Source: Chloroflexota bacterium (lineage in GTDB: Bacteria; Chloroflexota; UBA6077; CF-72). From it: a stretch of 64,000 nucleotides of DNA. Of this stretch, positions 28,883 to 37,126 are shown piece by piece. The stretch's first letter is position 1, and each line of letters starts with the position of its first letter. The DNA lies in assembly GCA_016191465.1 (NCBI GenBank), contig JACPOP010000020.1, forward strand, positions 11,888 to 75,887, written 5' to 3'. The notes under the pieces are model-generated. The model saw nothing but the letters and a program-made list of their open reading frames with translations. It was not told the DNA's origin and made no database searches. Position numbers and translations under genes: made by a program.

Positions 28883-29263
28883 TCAGGCGGCGAGGTGGAC
28901 TTCGCCCTCGCCGACCGGGATGCCGTCGGCGGTGGCGATCCAGACGCGCACGGACCTGTGAGCGGCGGGCGCGCCGCCGCCGGGGAGGGCGCGCAGCGCT
29001 CCCGTAATGGAGCCGCCCACCTGTTGTGGGCTCGCGTTGGACGGAACCACCAGCCGGTAGAGCTCGGATCCGGCGGGGCCCAGGTCCGCTGTCAGCAGGT
29101 GCAGGGAGACCGGGTCACCCAGGTCCTGGCGGAGGCGCTGGGCGAATGCAGCGGAGGTTGGACCTCCGGATCGATCGGGCCAGTGCCAACTGCCGTCCAC
29201 GCTCAGCCGAAGCTGCAGCTCACGCGCTGAGTCGTCCGCGAAGCCGTCCATGCACCCGCTCAC
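28883..29263 (-). CDS. Hypothetical protein (no recognisable family)
   Basis: Only codon-style evidence: third positions are predominantly G/C in this frame, and no better overlapping candidate exists. Confidence 0.35.
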   Translation of the reverse strand: MSGCMDGFADDSARELQLRLSVDGSWHWPDRSGGPTSAAFAQRLRQDLGDPVSLHLLTADLGPAGSELYRLVVPSNASPQQVGGSITGALRALPGGGAPAAHRSVRVWIATADGIPVGEGEVHLAA

Positions 29264-29489
29264 GCACGGACCGTGCCGGTCCCGGCGAGCTTTAGCACCG
29301 ATTTAAGGCTTCGCTAGCACGTGCGGGTGGGTTAAAGCGGGACCCTGCTCGTGGTGCCATCCCTCAGCACGCCGACCGTGGCGCGAGCTTGGGCGGGCTC
29401 ACCTCTTCCGGGGTGAGCGCGTCACAATCCTCGCGTTCCTCCGTTTGTTCGCTACGGATGCGCAACAGTTCGCCTGGAGGTTCACGCAC

Positions 29490-30383
29490 ATGACTTCTCG
29501 ATTGACGGGATGGGTACGGACCCTCGTCCCCTTCGCCCTGGCATCACTCCTGCTCGCGGGATTGGTGCCCGCGGCCTCAGCGCAAACGGCGGACGGCTCG
29601 GCCTGGAGCGCCGGCCCGGATGCAATCGGCACGAACACCTACGCGGGCTTCATCGACGGCCCCACCCCGAACCAGACCGTCTCCACCCAGTCGGCCTTCG
29701 TGGTGCGTGGCTGGATCGTCGACACCAGCGCCCAGGGATGGGCCGGCATTGACAAGGTGGACGTCTACGACGGCCGCATCGACCAGGGCGGCAAGCTGCT
29801 CGGGTCGGCCAGCATCGCTCAGGACCGCGAGGACGTCTCGCGCGCCTTCAACAACGGCTACTGGCGGCAATCTGGCTTTTCGCTGACCGTCCCGGGCGGC
29901 AAGATCGCCGCCGGTACGCGCCAGATCACCGTCTACGCGAAGTCCCAGAACAAGGGGTGGTGGTGGCGCCAGGTGCAGGTCAACGCCATTGCCCAGGCGC
30001 AGTACAACTCCGATCCGGTCGTGGCTGTGACCGCACCACGCGTCAGCGAACGCCTCAAGACCGACGCTGATTACACCATCACTGGCTACGCGCTGGACCG
30101 CAACGCGCTGCCGAACCAGGGTGTCGGCGTGGACCGCGTCGAGGTGTACCTGGATGGCTCGCGCACGGACCCCGCCGCCAAGTTCCTGGGCGTGGCGGAT
30201 CTGGGTGTCGCCATGTCGGAACCGGCCAGCAACTACGGCCAGCAGTTTACCCTGGCCGGCTTCACGCTCCGTTTCAGCCCCACCAAGTACACGTCGGACG
30301 CGCACAACATCTGGGTAGCGGCACGGTCGGCCATCACGGGGAAGTGGACGGAGACGCAGGTCTACTTCGTCATCTTCGACTGA
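29490..30383 (+). CDS. Secreted protein with two tandem Ig-like/beta-sandwich repeats
   Basis: GGAGG 9 nt before the ATG at 29490. Signal peptide LVPFALASLLLAGLVPAASAQ. Two homologous roughly 110-aa halves (...VVRGWIVD...GIDKVDVYDG... and ...ITGYALD...GVDRVEVYLDG...). Confidence 0.7.
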   Translation: MTSRLTGWVRTLVPFALASLLLAGLVPAASAQTADGSAWSAGPDAIGTNTYAGFIDGPTPNQTVSTQSAFVVRGWIVDTSAQGWAGIDKVDVYDGRIDQGGKLLGSASIAQDREDVSRAFNNGYWRQSGFSLTVPGGKIAAGTRQITVYAKSQNKGWWWRQVQVNAIAQAQYNSDPVVAVTAPRVSERLKTDADYTITGYALDRNALPNQGVGVDRVEVYLDGSRTDPAAKFLGVADLGVAMSEPASNYGQQFTLAGFTLRFSPTKYTSDAHNIWVAARSAITGKWTETQVYFVIFD

Positions 30384-30414
30384 CCAGCTCGTTCAGCGCA
30401 TCCCCGCGGGATTC

Positions 30415-30450
30415 GAAGACGCCCGGAACGCATGCGTTCCGGGCGTCTTC
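30415..30450 (+). terminator. Perfect 36-nt palindrome (gaagacgcccggaacgca/tgcgttccgggcgtcttc); likely intrinsic terminator
   Basis: It starts 32 nt after the stop at 30381-30383 and is followed by cttcttg (a weak T-rich tail). Confidence 0.5.
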
Positions 30451-30499
30451 TTGCCGTGCGCCGTTTTGTCGTGTGCGGCTCGTGGGCTACGGTGTGGCC

Positions 30500-31096
30500 A
30501 TGTCCCCTTCGGCAGGCGCGACCATAGACTCGGGTGAGAACGCACGCACCGTGTACGCCGGCAGGGTCGTGACGCTGATCCTGAAGGACGTGGCCGGTTC
30601 GGACGGCCGGCGCCACCGGCGTGAGATCGTCGAGCACGTGGACGCGGCCGCGGTGGTCGCCGTGGACGCCCAGGAGCGCGTGCTGCTTGTTCGTCAACAC
30701 CGGCCTGCCGTTGGCGAAGACATGGTCGAGCTGCCGGCCGGACTGGTTGATGCGGGCGAGACGCCCGCCGAGTGCGCACTGCGGGAGCTCCAGGAGGAGA
30801 CGGGCTACACCGCCGACAGCGTCGATCTGCTGGCCTCGTACTACTCGTCGGCCGGGTTCTGCACCGAGCGGGTGTGGGTCTACCTCGCCGTCGGTCTCAA
30901 TGCCGCTGGCGGCACACCGCACCTGGACGCCGGCGAAGAGCTCGAGGTGCTCTGGGAGCCGCTCGATGGGCTGCGCGAGCGCATCAGGCGCGCTGAGATC
31001 GCCGACGCGAAGACACTCGTGGGCCTCCTGGCTTACCTGGACCGCACGAGTGAGGCTCGGCACGCACCCGCGCCTGACGGGCCTCACTCGACGTAG
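30500..31096 (+). CDS. NUDIX hydrolase (ADP-ribose pyrophosphatase-like)
   Basis: Nudix box GLVDAGETPAECALRELQEETGY. The start is trimmed to the ATG at 30500. Confidence 0.85.
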   Translation: MSPSAGATIDSGENARTVYAGRVVTLILKDVAGSDGRRHRREIVEHVDAAAVVAVDAQERVLLVRQHRPAVGEDMVELPAGLVDAGETPAECALRELQEETGYTADSVDLLASYYSSAGFCTERVWVYLAVGLNAAGGTPHLDAGEELEVLWEPLDGLRERIRRAEIADAKTLVGLLAYLDRTSEARHAPAPDGPHST

Positions 31097-31099
31097 CTG

Positions 31100-32329
31100 T
31101 TACTCCCCACCGGCTCCCGCCGGTGGAATCCAGATGGGGTAGCCCTTCAGGACCTGGACGCGGTTGTTGTAGCGATCCGCCAGGAAGACCTCGCCGCGAC
31201 CATTGGCCACGAGGTGATGCGGGAAGGCGAACTGGCCCGGCTCGTCGCCGATGCCGGTCCGCGGGCATGGGCCCACCGCATCCTCGTCGGTACACCGGCC
31301 CGCCCAGGCCAGCGGAATGCCTTCCGGCGCAAAGACCACCATCCGCTGGTTATCGGTATCGCTGACGTATACGTTGCCATCGGTATCGACCGCCACGCCA
31401 CGCGGCGCATCGAGCCGGACGAAGGTCTCGTCCGCGATCGCGAAGCGGCTGAGCAGGGCACCGTCGCGGGTGAACTTGCGCACCGCGTTCAACAGGGCAT
31501 CGGCGATGTAGACGTTGCCGTCCGCGTCGAAGGCAATGCCATCGCCGGCCCGGAAGCCGGTTGGGGCATCCGAGAGCGGCGTGCCCCACGTCCCCAGGTA
31601 GGCGCCGCTGGACTGGAACCGTTTCACGCCGAAGGCGCCGTCCACCACGTACAGCGTGCCGCTGCCGTCTACGCCAACGGACAGGCTGCCGTTGAACCAC
31701 GCCTCCGGGGGAACCACGTTGCACTTCACGGGAGCGGTGATGGCTGGACACGCACTCTCACGGGTCCAGACGGCGTCCACCGTGCCCGAAGGCGTGAAGC
31801 GCTGCACCCGGTTGTTGCCACTATCCGCGGCGTACACGTTGCCGGCGGCGTCCACCGCCAGACCTTCCAGGCGCTCGAACTGGCCGGCGCCTTTACCCGG
31901 CGAGCCCCACGTCGCCAGCACGGCCCCGTCCCTGGACAGTTTCGTTATCCGGCCTCCCAGCGGGTCGTAGCTCGCCACGTACACGTTGCAGGCCCGATCC
32001 ACGGCCACGCCGAAAGGGGTGGTGATCGACGCATCGTTGGAGAACACTTCCCAACGGTATTCCCAGCCGCCGAAGGTGTCGTCCGGGCTGGTGCGCCCGA
32101 CTTCCCTATCGACCAGGCCGGAGCACCGCAGGCCCTCGGGGGCAAGCGGCGTCAGCTCGGCTGCCAGGGACGGACCCGGGCGGAGCGCCAGGAGCAGCGT
32201 GGTCAACGCGCTGAGCAGGCCCATCCACCGGTATGCCGGGCGCGGAACTGCGGCCGCCACGACGGTCGGGCAAGCGCGGGTGTCAACGGGGCGTGGCAGA
32301 TGCATCGGTGCGAATGTCTCCTCCGACAT
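31100..32329 (-). CDS. Secreted NHL-repeat six-bladed beta-propeller protein
   Basis: Repeated blades of the form P.GVAVD..GNVYVAD..NNRVQ.F. An N-terminal hydrophobic signal is present. The start is ambiguous (ATG at 32329, 32305 or 32224). Confidence 0.75.
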   Translation of the reverse strand: MSEETFAPMHLPRPVDTRACPTVVAAAVPRPAYRWMGLLSALTTLLLALRPGPSLAAELTPLAPEGLRCSGLVDREVGRTSPDDTFGGWEYRWEVFSNDASITTPFGVAVDRACNVYVASYDPLGGRITKLSRDGAVLATWGSPGKGAGQFERLEGLAVDAAGNVYAADSGNNRVQRFTPSGTVDAVWTRESACPAITAPVKCNVVPPEAWFNGSLSVGVDGSGTLYVVDGAFGVKRFQSSGAYLGTWGTPLSDAPTGFRAGDGIAFDADGNVYIADALLNAVRKFTRDGALLSRFAIADETFVRLDAPRGVAVDTDGNVYVSDTDNQRMVVFAPEGIPLAWAGRCTDEDAVGPCPRTGIGDEPGQFAFPHHLVANGRGEVFLADRYNNRVQVLKGYPIWIPPAGAGGE

Positions 32330-32450
32330 CAGGTAGAACGGCGATCGGCGCCAGGAAGGGTCGCATGCTGGCCGGCCTGGCTTCACGCTGCACGGGACGG
32401 GCCACGGCGGCTAGCACCGATGGACGGAAGGGCACGGGTGGTTGGCTCCT

Positions 32451-32550
32451 GTCATCCTGAGCGGAGTAAAGGATCCATGCGAGCGCCAAGTTCCAAGTGG
32501 AGACGGATCGTTCGGTTCACTCAGGATGCGATCCGCCGGCGGCGGATCGC
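32451..32550 (+). repeat. Intergenic hairpin-module element, copy A (module, ccaagttccaag, inverted module, then a perfect 10-bp/3-nt-loop hairpin at 32528-32550)
   Basis: gtcatcctgagcggagtaaaggatcc (32451-32476) pairs with ggatcgttcggttcactcaggatgc (32505-32529); gcgatccgcc-ggc-ggcggatcgc follows. It lies between the RCC1 stop and the NHL start. Confidence 0.7.
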
Positions 32551-32563
32551 CCCCACGGAGCCC

Positions 32564-34135
32564 CTAGCGCGTGGGCGTCGGCGGCGTGAACGGCCGCAGC
32601 GCGGGAACCGTGGGCGTGGGAGTGGCCACGCTGGGCGCCGGCGGGGCAGGGCTACTCGTAGGCGTTGGAGTGGAGTTAATTGCGATGGGCGGCAACACGG
32701 GCCGGTTGGGTGCAACCCCGAGTGTCGGCTGAGGCTCGGTGGGGAAGATCGGGGTCATGACCAACCGACCACCCTGGACCACGGTGTGGGCGCCGCCGGC
32801 CGCGACAGCCGTGACCTCGCGGAGCAGCTCGATCCGCAACGGCTTGGGCCGATCCAGCCGGTCGCCGAACCCGAGTTGTCCGCTGCTCCCCTGGCCCCAG
32901 GCGTAGACCACGCCGGGACACAGGCTCCCGAGCGAACCGCACACGTCGATCGGTGCCTGGTTCAAGACGGCCACGCTGTGGAACGCCCCGGCGGCGATGC
33001 CCATAGGCGATGCTCCGCCGAGGCCGCCTCCGTTGGGGACAGCCGGCACCATGACCGGCGCCGCCCGCATGTCGAAGGTGCCATCGCCCACCTGGCCACG
33101 GCTGTTATCACCCCAGCCCCACACCGCGTCGTTGCTGATCGCCAAGCTGTGGGCCTGGCCGGCGGCCATGGCCGCGACGTTGATCAGCGGCACCAGTCCT
33201 GGCGCCACGCGGCAGGCGCAGCCATCACTCACCGCGGCCGAGCTGCCCAACTGGCCAGTTCGATTGGAGCCCCAGGCGTAGAGGCGCCCATCGCGACCGA
33301 GCGCCAGACTGTGCGCGCCGCCGGCCGCCACTGACGCGATGCCGCCCAGGCGGTCGTCGCGCGTGGTGTTCGCTCCCACCGGGACGGGCATGGGCAGGAT
33401 CGGGCCGTTCAGGTAGGCCTCCACGCCGGCGCCAAGCTGGCCGTCTTCGTTGTTGCCCCAGGCCCAGACCGATCCATCGGCCTTGACCGCCAGGCTGTGG
33501 CGTTCGCCGGCGGCGATGGCCACCACGCCGCGCAGGGGCGGCGATCCCACCGGCGATGGCACGAGGAGCTCGCGGGCCTCATCCCCAGCCAGACCCGAGG
33601 TGTCAAACTCGCACCAGATGAGGAAGCAGGTTGGCCCGTCGTCATACACCGCCCCGGGGTAGCCGTTGCCCAATTGTCCCGATTGCCCATCGCCCCAGGC
33701 GAACACCTGGCCGTCCTGGGTGAGCGCCAGGCTGTGGCGCGCGCCGGCCGCGATGGCCGTGACGTTCGATAGTCCCTCCACGATGACAGGGGTCGAGCTA
33801 TCAACCTGGGTGCCGTCGCCCAGTTGGCCAAACTCGTTTCGGCCCCACGCGCGGACCGTGCCGTCGGTTAGCAGCGCCAGGGTGTGGCTCCCGCCAGCGG
33901 CTATAGCGCGCACATCCGTCAGACCACCTTCGACACCCGGTGCGTCCACCGACGGTCCGGCAGCGCCCAACTGGCCGCTGCCGTTCTCGCCCCAGGCGAG
34001 TGTCGTCCCGGGTCCGGCCGCCAGGGTGGGGCTGACCAGCAAGGTCGCAATGACCAGCAGCGTACATGTCGGCAGCAGCCATGGGGACCGGCGTTTCGCA
34101 TGACGTCGCGAGGCTCCGACCCCGTCCTCATCCAG
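32564..34135 (-). CDS. Secreted RCC1-repeat beta-propeller protein with a Pro/Thr-rich C-terminal tail
   Basis: At least seven RCC1-type repeats (AWG.N..GQLG.G...). Signal-peptide-like RRHAKRRSPWLLPTCTLLVIATLLVSPTLAAG. No in-frame ATG/GTG/TTG precedes the signal peptide, so the 5' end is set provisionally at the CTG at 34135. Confidence 0.75.
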   Translation of the reverse strand: MDEDGVGASRRHAKRRSPWLLPTCTLLVIATLLVSPTLAAGPGTTLAWGENGSGQLGAAGPSVDAPGVEGGLTDVRAIAAGGSHTLALLTDGTVRAWGRNEFGQLGDGTQVDSSTPVIVEGLSNVTAIAAGARHSLALTQDGQVFAWGDGQSGQLGNGYPGAVYDDGPTCFLIWCEFDTSGLAGDEARELLVPSPVGSPPLRGVVAIAAGERHSLAVKADGSVWAWGNNEDGQLGAGVEAYLNGPILPMPVPVGANTTRDDRLGGIASVAAGGAHSLALGRDGRLYAWGSNRTGQLGSSAAVSDGCACRVAPGLVPLINVAAMAAGQAHSLAISNDAVWGWGDNSRGQVGDGTFDMRAAPVMVPAVPNGGGLGGASPMGIAAGAFHSVAVLNQAPIDVCGSLGSLCPGVVYAWGQGSSGQLGFGDRLDRPKPLRIELLREVTAVAAGGAHTVVQGGRLVMTPIFPTEPQPTLGVAPNRPVLPPIAINSTPTPTSSPAPPAPSVATPTPTVPALRPFTPPTPTR

Positions 34136-34171
34136 GCCCGTGCTGCGAAAATCCGCTAGCGGCTGGCCCCC

Positions 34172-34332
34172 GTCATCCTGAGCGGAGCGAAGGATCCGTG
34201 GGTCAGGGTTCCAAGTTCCACGTTTGAAGATCCACGTTGTTGGTGGCCCGCCGCGTCTTGTCTCCTGATCACTGACAACTGACGACCGACGACTCGGTGA
34301 GTCGGATCCTTCGGCCGCAGCCGCAGGATGAC
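34172..34332 (+). repeat. Intergenic hairpin-module element, copy B (161 nt)
   Basis: gtcatcctgagcggagcgaaggatcc (34172-34197) pairs with ggatccttcggccgcagccgcaggatgac (34304-34332). The interior contains ttccaagttcca and a 7-nt periodic tract, tgatcac tgacaac tgacgac cgacgac (34266-34293). Confidence 0.7.
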
Positions 34333-34587
34333 CGGTGACAAGCACGGGAGTGCGTCCCCCCCGTACCGCTCGCCGAAAGAAGCTCACGTTCCAAAGCCTC
34401 GGAAATCGCGTCACACGTGCCCCCATCCCTACCTATCAACAGGCCGGGGTCACATTCTGTCAAGAAGTACCTTCTGCCTACCGACAGGCGTGCTGCCGCG
34501 GGAGGGCGACCAGCAGGTGTGGGTTGTGAGGAAGCAGATGGCAGGGACCCCCGGCCACCTGTGAACTTGGAACTCGGCACTTCGCCT

Positions 34588-35547
34588 TCAGTCCCAGCGG
34601 TAGCTGGCCCAGGCCCAATCCAGCAGCGCCGCCGCGTCGGTCGGAAGGTCGTCGCTCTTGAGGACGGTGACGTACAGTCGGCGCCCGCCGCGTTCGGCGG
34701 AAGCGACCATGGTGCGGCCCGCGGCTCGGGTGAAGCCGATCTTGACGCCATCCGCGCCGGGATAGCGGCCCAGCAGCCGGTTCAGGTTGGCGAACCGGAA
34801 GCCTTCGCCCGCGTAGGACTGGGTGCGTGCCAGGGCCGCGAACGTTTCCCAGCGCCGCATCCCGTCCCGGGCGAACAGAGCTAGGTCCCGGGCGCTGGAG
34901 TAGTGCTGGGGATTGTCGAGGCCATGGGGATTGACGTAGTGCGTATTCTGGAGCCCCAGCCAGGCCGCGCGCTCGTTCATCCAACCCACAAAGCGCTCGC
35001 GCGAGCCTTCGCCCACGGCGAGCGCTAACTGCTCGGCCGCGTCGTTCCCGCTTGGCAGCATGAGCCCGTACAGGATCGTCTCCAGCCGGAGCTGCTCGCC
35101 GGGCTGCAGACCCATGACGGTTGAGCCCCGGGCGGCCATGGCCCCGCCGTCGATGGTGACCGGGACCGCCTCGGCCAGCCGCTCTTCGCCCCACCGCTCC
35201 AGCACCACCGACGTCGTGGCGATCTTGGTGGTGCTGGCAATCGCCACCCGGTCATCTTCGCCCTGGCCCTGGAGGAGCAGCCCGCTGCCCTCGTCGAGCA
35301 CCGCCCAGCGCGCGGCGGACAGCTTCGGGAGGGGCACGTCGCGCGTGCGAGCCGGCGGCTCCAGGTACGGCAGGCGGCGGCGAGCGCTGGAAAGCGTGCG
35401 CCAGGCGGGGTCGAGCGGCCAGTCGTCGCGTGCCCCGGCCGCCGCCGCGGACGTGATGCCGCCCGACCCGATGAGCACGGCGGCGCCGCCGACAGCGCCC
35501 GCCACAAACGCCCGCCGGCTGAACGTTCGATCTCGCTGCTCCGCCAT
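34588..35547 (-). CDS. D-alanyl-D-alanine carboxypeptidase (S11 penicillin-binding protein)
   Basis: Tat-like signal FSRRAFVAGAVGGAAV, SxxK (ASTTK), SGN (LPSGND). The ATG at 35547 is 11 nt after the ilvA stop. Confidence 0.85.
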   Translation of the reverse strand: MAEQRDRTFSRRAFVAGAVGGAAVLIGSGGITSAAAAGARDDWPLDPAWRTLSSARRRLPYLEPPARTRDVPLPKLSAARWAVLDEGSGLLLQGQGEDDRVAIASTTKIATTSVVLERWGEERLAEAVPVTIDGGAMAARGSTVMGLQPGEQLRLETILYGLMLPSGNDAAEQLALAVGEGSRERFVGWMNERAAWLGLQNTHYVNPHGLDNPQHYSSARDLALFARDGMRRWETFAALARTQSYAGEGFRFANLNRLLGRYPGADGVKIGFTRAAGRTMVASAERGGRRLYVTVLKSDDLPTDAAALLDWAWASYRWD

Positions 35548-35557
35548 GGGGCGGACG

Positions 35558-36850
35558 TTACCGCGTCCCGCCCTCCGATCCCAGGGATTCCTCGGCCGGG
35601 TAGCCGGCAGCACGGATCCGCCCCAGCACGTACTCCGCGTGAGCGTGGTCGCGCGTCTCCACGATGAGGTCCAGGCCTACCCGTCCGAGCGCGGTGTATG
35701 GCCCAAGGCGGTGGATGCCGACGTGCAGAATGTTGACGCGCTCGGTGGTGAGCAGGCTAGTCAGGTCGTGCAACTGGCCGGGCTTGTCGTCCAGCCAGGT
35801 CTGGATAGCCAGGTAGCGGCCGGCGCTCACCAGGCCGTGCTGGAGCACCTTGCCCAGCAGGATCGGATCGATGTTACCGCCGCTGACGATCACGCCCACC
35901 CGCCGCGGGCCGGCCGGAATCGCCCCTTCCAGGAGTGCCGCGAGTGCCGTGGCGCCAGCGCCCTCGGCTAACTGCTTGTGGCGCTCCAGCAGCAACAGGA
36001 TGGCGCGGGCAATGGCTTCGTCGGAGACGGTGACCACGTCGTCCACCAGCGACTGGATCACCGCGAACGTTCGCGCGCCGGGCGTCTTGACGGCGATGCC
36101 GTCGGCGATGGTGCTGGAAGGGTGGGTCTGGATCTCGCCAGCTTTAAACGAGGCGGCCAGGGCGCCCGAGCCGGCGGCTTGCACGCCGTACACTCTCATC
36201 CCCGGCCGCATCGCCCGCGCCGCCGTCGCCACGCCCGAGATCAGACCGCCGCCGCCCACGGGGACGAGCAGCGCGTCCAGATCCGGCACGTCTTCCAGCA
36301 GCTCCATGGCCAGGGCGCCCTGGCCCGCCATCACATCGGGATCGTCGAAGGCGTGGATGTAGACGAGGTCTCGCTCGGCGGCAAGCGCCACCGCGTGCGC
36401 GTGCGCCTCGTCGTACGAGGCGCCTTCGAGGACTATTTCCGCCCCGTGCCGCTGAATTGCGGCGAGCTTAGCGAGCGGCGCGCCGACCGGCAGGACCACG
36501 GTGGCGTGGGTCTCCAGCAGCCTGGCGGCGAGCGCCACACCCTGGCCGTGGTTGCCGGCGGAAGCCGTGAGCACGCCCCGCGCGCGCTCGGCAGGGTCCA
36601 TGGCGAGCAGCCGGGCGAGCGCGCCGCGCAGCTTGAACGCGCCGGTGTGCTGCTGGTTCTCCAGCTTGAGAAACACCTCGCGCCCAGTGATGACGCCCAG
36701 GTCCGCCGAGTGCTCGACGGGCGTACGCCGCACGTACGGCGCCTGGCGCTCGCGCGCTAACTCGACGCGCGCGAACGTCAGGCGGTCGCCTTCGCAGGGG
36801 TCGGTCGGGGTGGGCGGGTGGACAGTTGCGCTGGTGGTCATGGTGGGCAT
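35558..36850 (-). CDS. ilvA: Threonine ammonia-lyase (PLP-dependent) with a C-terminal ACT-like domain
   Basis: PLP-lysine motif LENQQHTGAFKLRGA, SAGNHGQGVA, GGGGLISG, and a C-terminal regulatory domain. Confidence 0.9.
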   Translation of the reverse strand: MPTMTTSATVHPPTPTDPCEGDRLTFARVELARERQAPYVRRTPVEHSADLGVITGREVFLKLENQQHTGAFKLRGALARLLAMDPAERARGVLTASAGNHGQGVALAARLLETHATVVLPVGAPLAKLAAIQRHGAEIVLEGASYDEAHAHAVALAAERDLVYIHAFDDPDVMAGQGALAMELLEDVPDLDALLVPVGGGGLISGVATAARAMRPGMRVYGVQAAGSGALAASFKAGEIQTHPSSTIADGIAVKTPGARTFAVIQSLVDDVVTVSDEAIARAILLLLERHKQLAEGAGATALAALLEGAIPAGPRRVGVIVSGGNIDPILLGKVLQHGLVSAGRYLAIQTWLDDKPGQLHDLTSLLTTERVNILHVGIHRLGPYTALGRVGLDLIVETRDHAHAEYVLGRIRAAGYPAEESLGSEGGTR

Positions 36851-37126
36851 TCCTGTTCCCGAACGAACGCGCCCATGCGTGACGACCTCGCGGGAACAGG
36901 GCGGCGACGCTTCTTGATATGCGAGCGTGCGTAGGAGCCATCCACCGCACCATGGCGGGCTGCCGATGGTCGGGACCAGCCCCGCCCGCTCCGCGGTAAA
37001 CGAAGCTCCGGACCCCGTCTGATTCGGCGCCGTTGAGTCGAAGTGTAGGCCAGGGAGCGACAGGGAGCCACGTTTCGCCGTTGCCGTAAGAGTTCAGACT
37101 AGCGCAGTCGGCTGCGTGAGGAGCAG

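Noticed and set aside
31214-33334. 706-aa plus-strand ORF
   Set aside because: It is antisense to the NHL and RCC1 repeat genes. It is Arg/Gly/His-rich with no motifs, and it crosses the repeat element between the genes.
36851-37126. About 280-nt leader upstream of ilvA, examined for a T-box, attenuator or riboswitch (contains gttcccg...cgggaac inverted repeat)
   Set aside because: I could not recognise a specifier/T-box motif, a leader peptide with Ile/Thr codon runs, or any known riboswitch core. It may simply be decayed IS flank.
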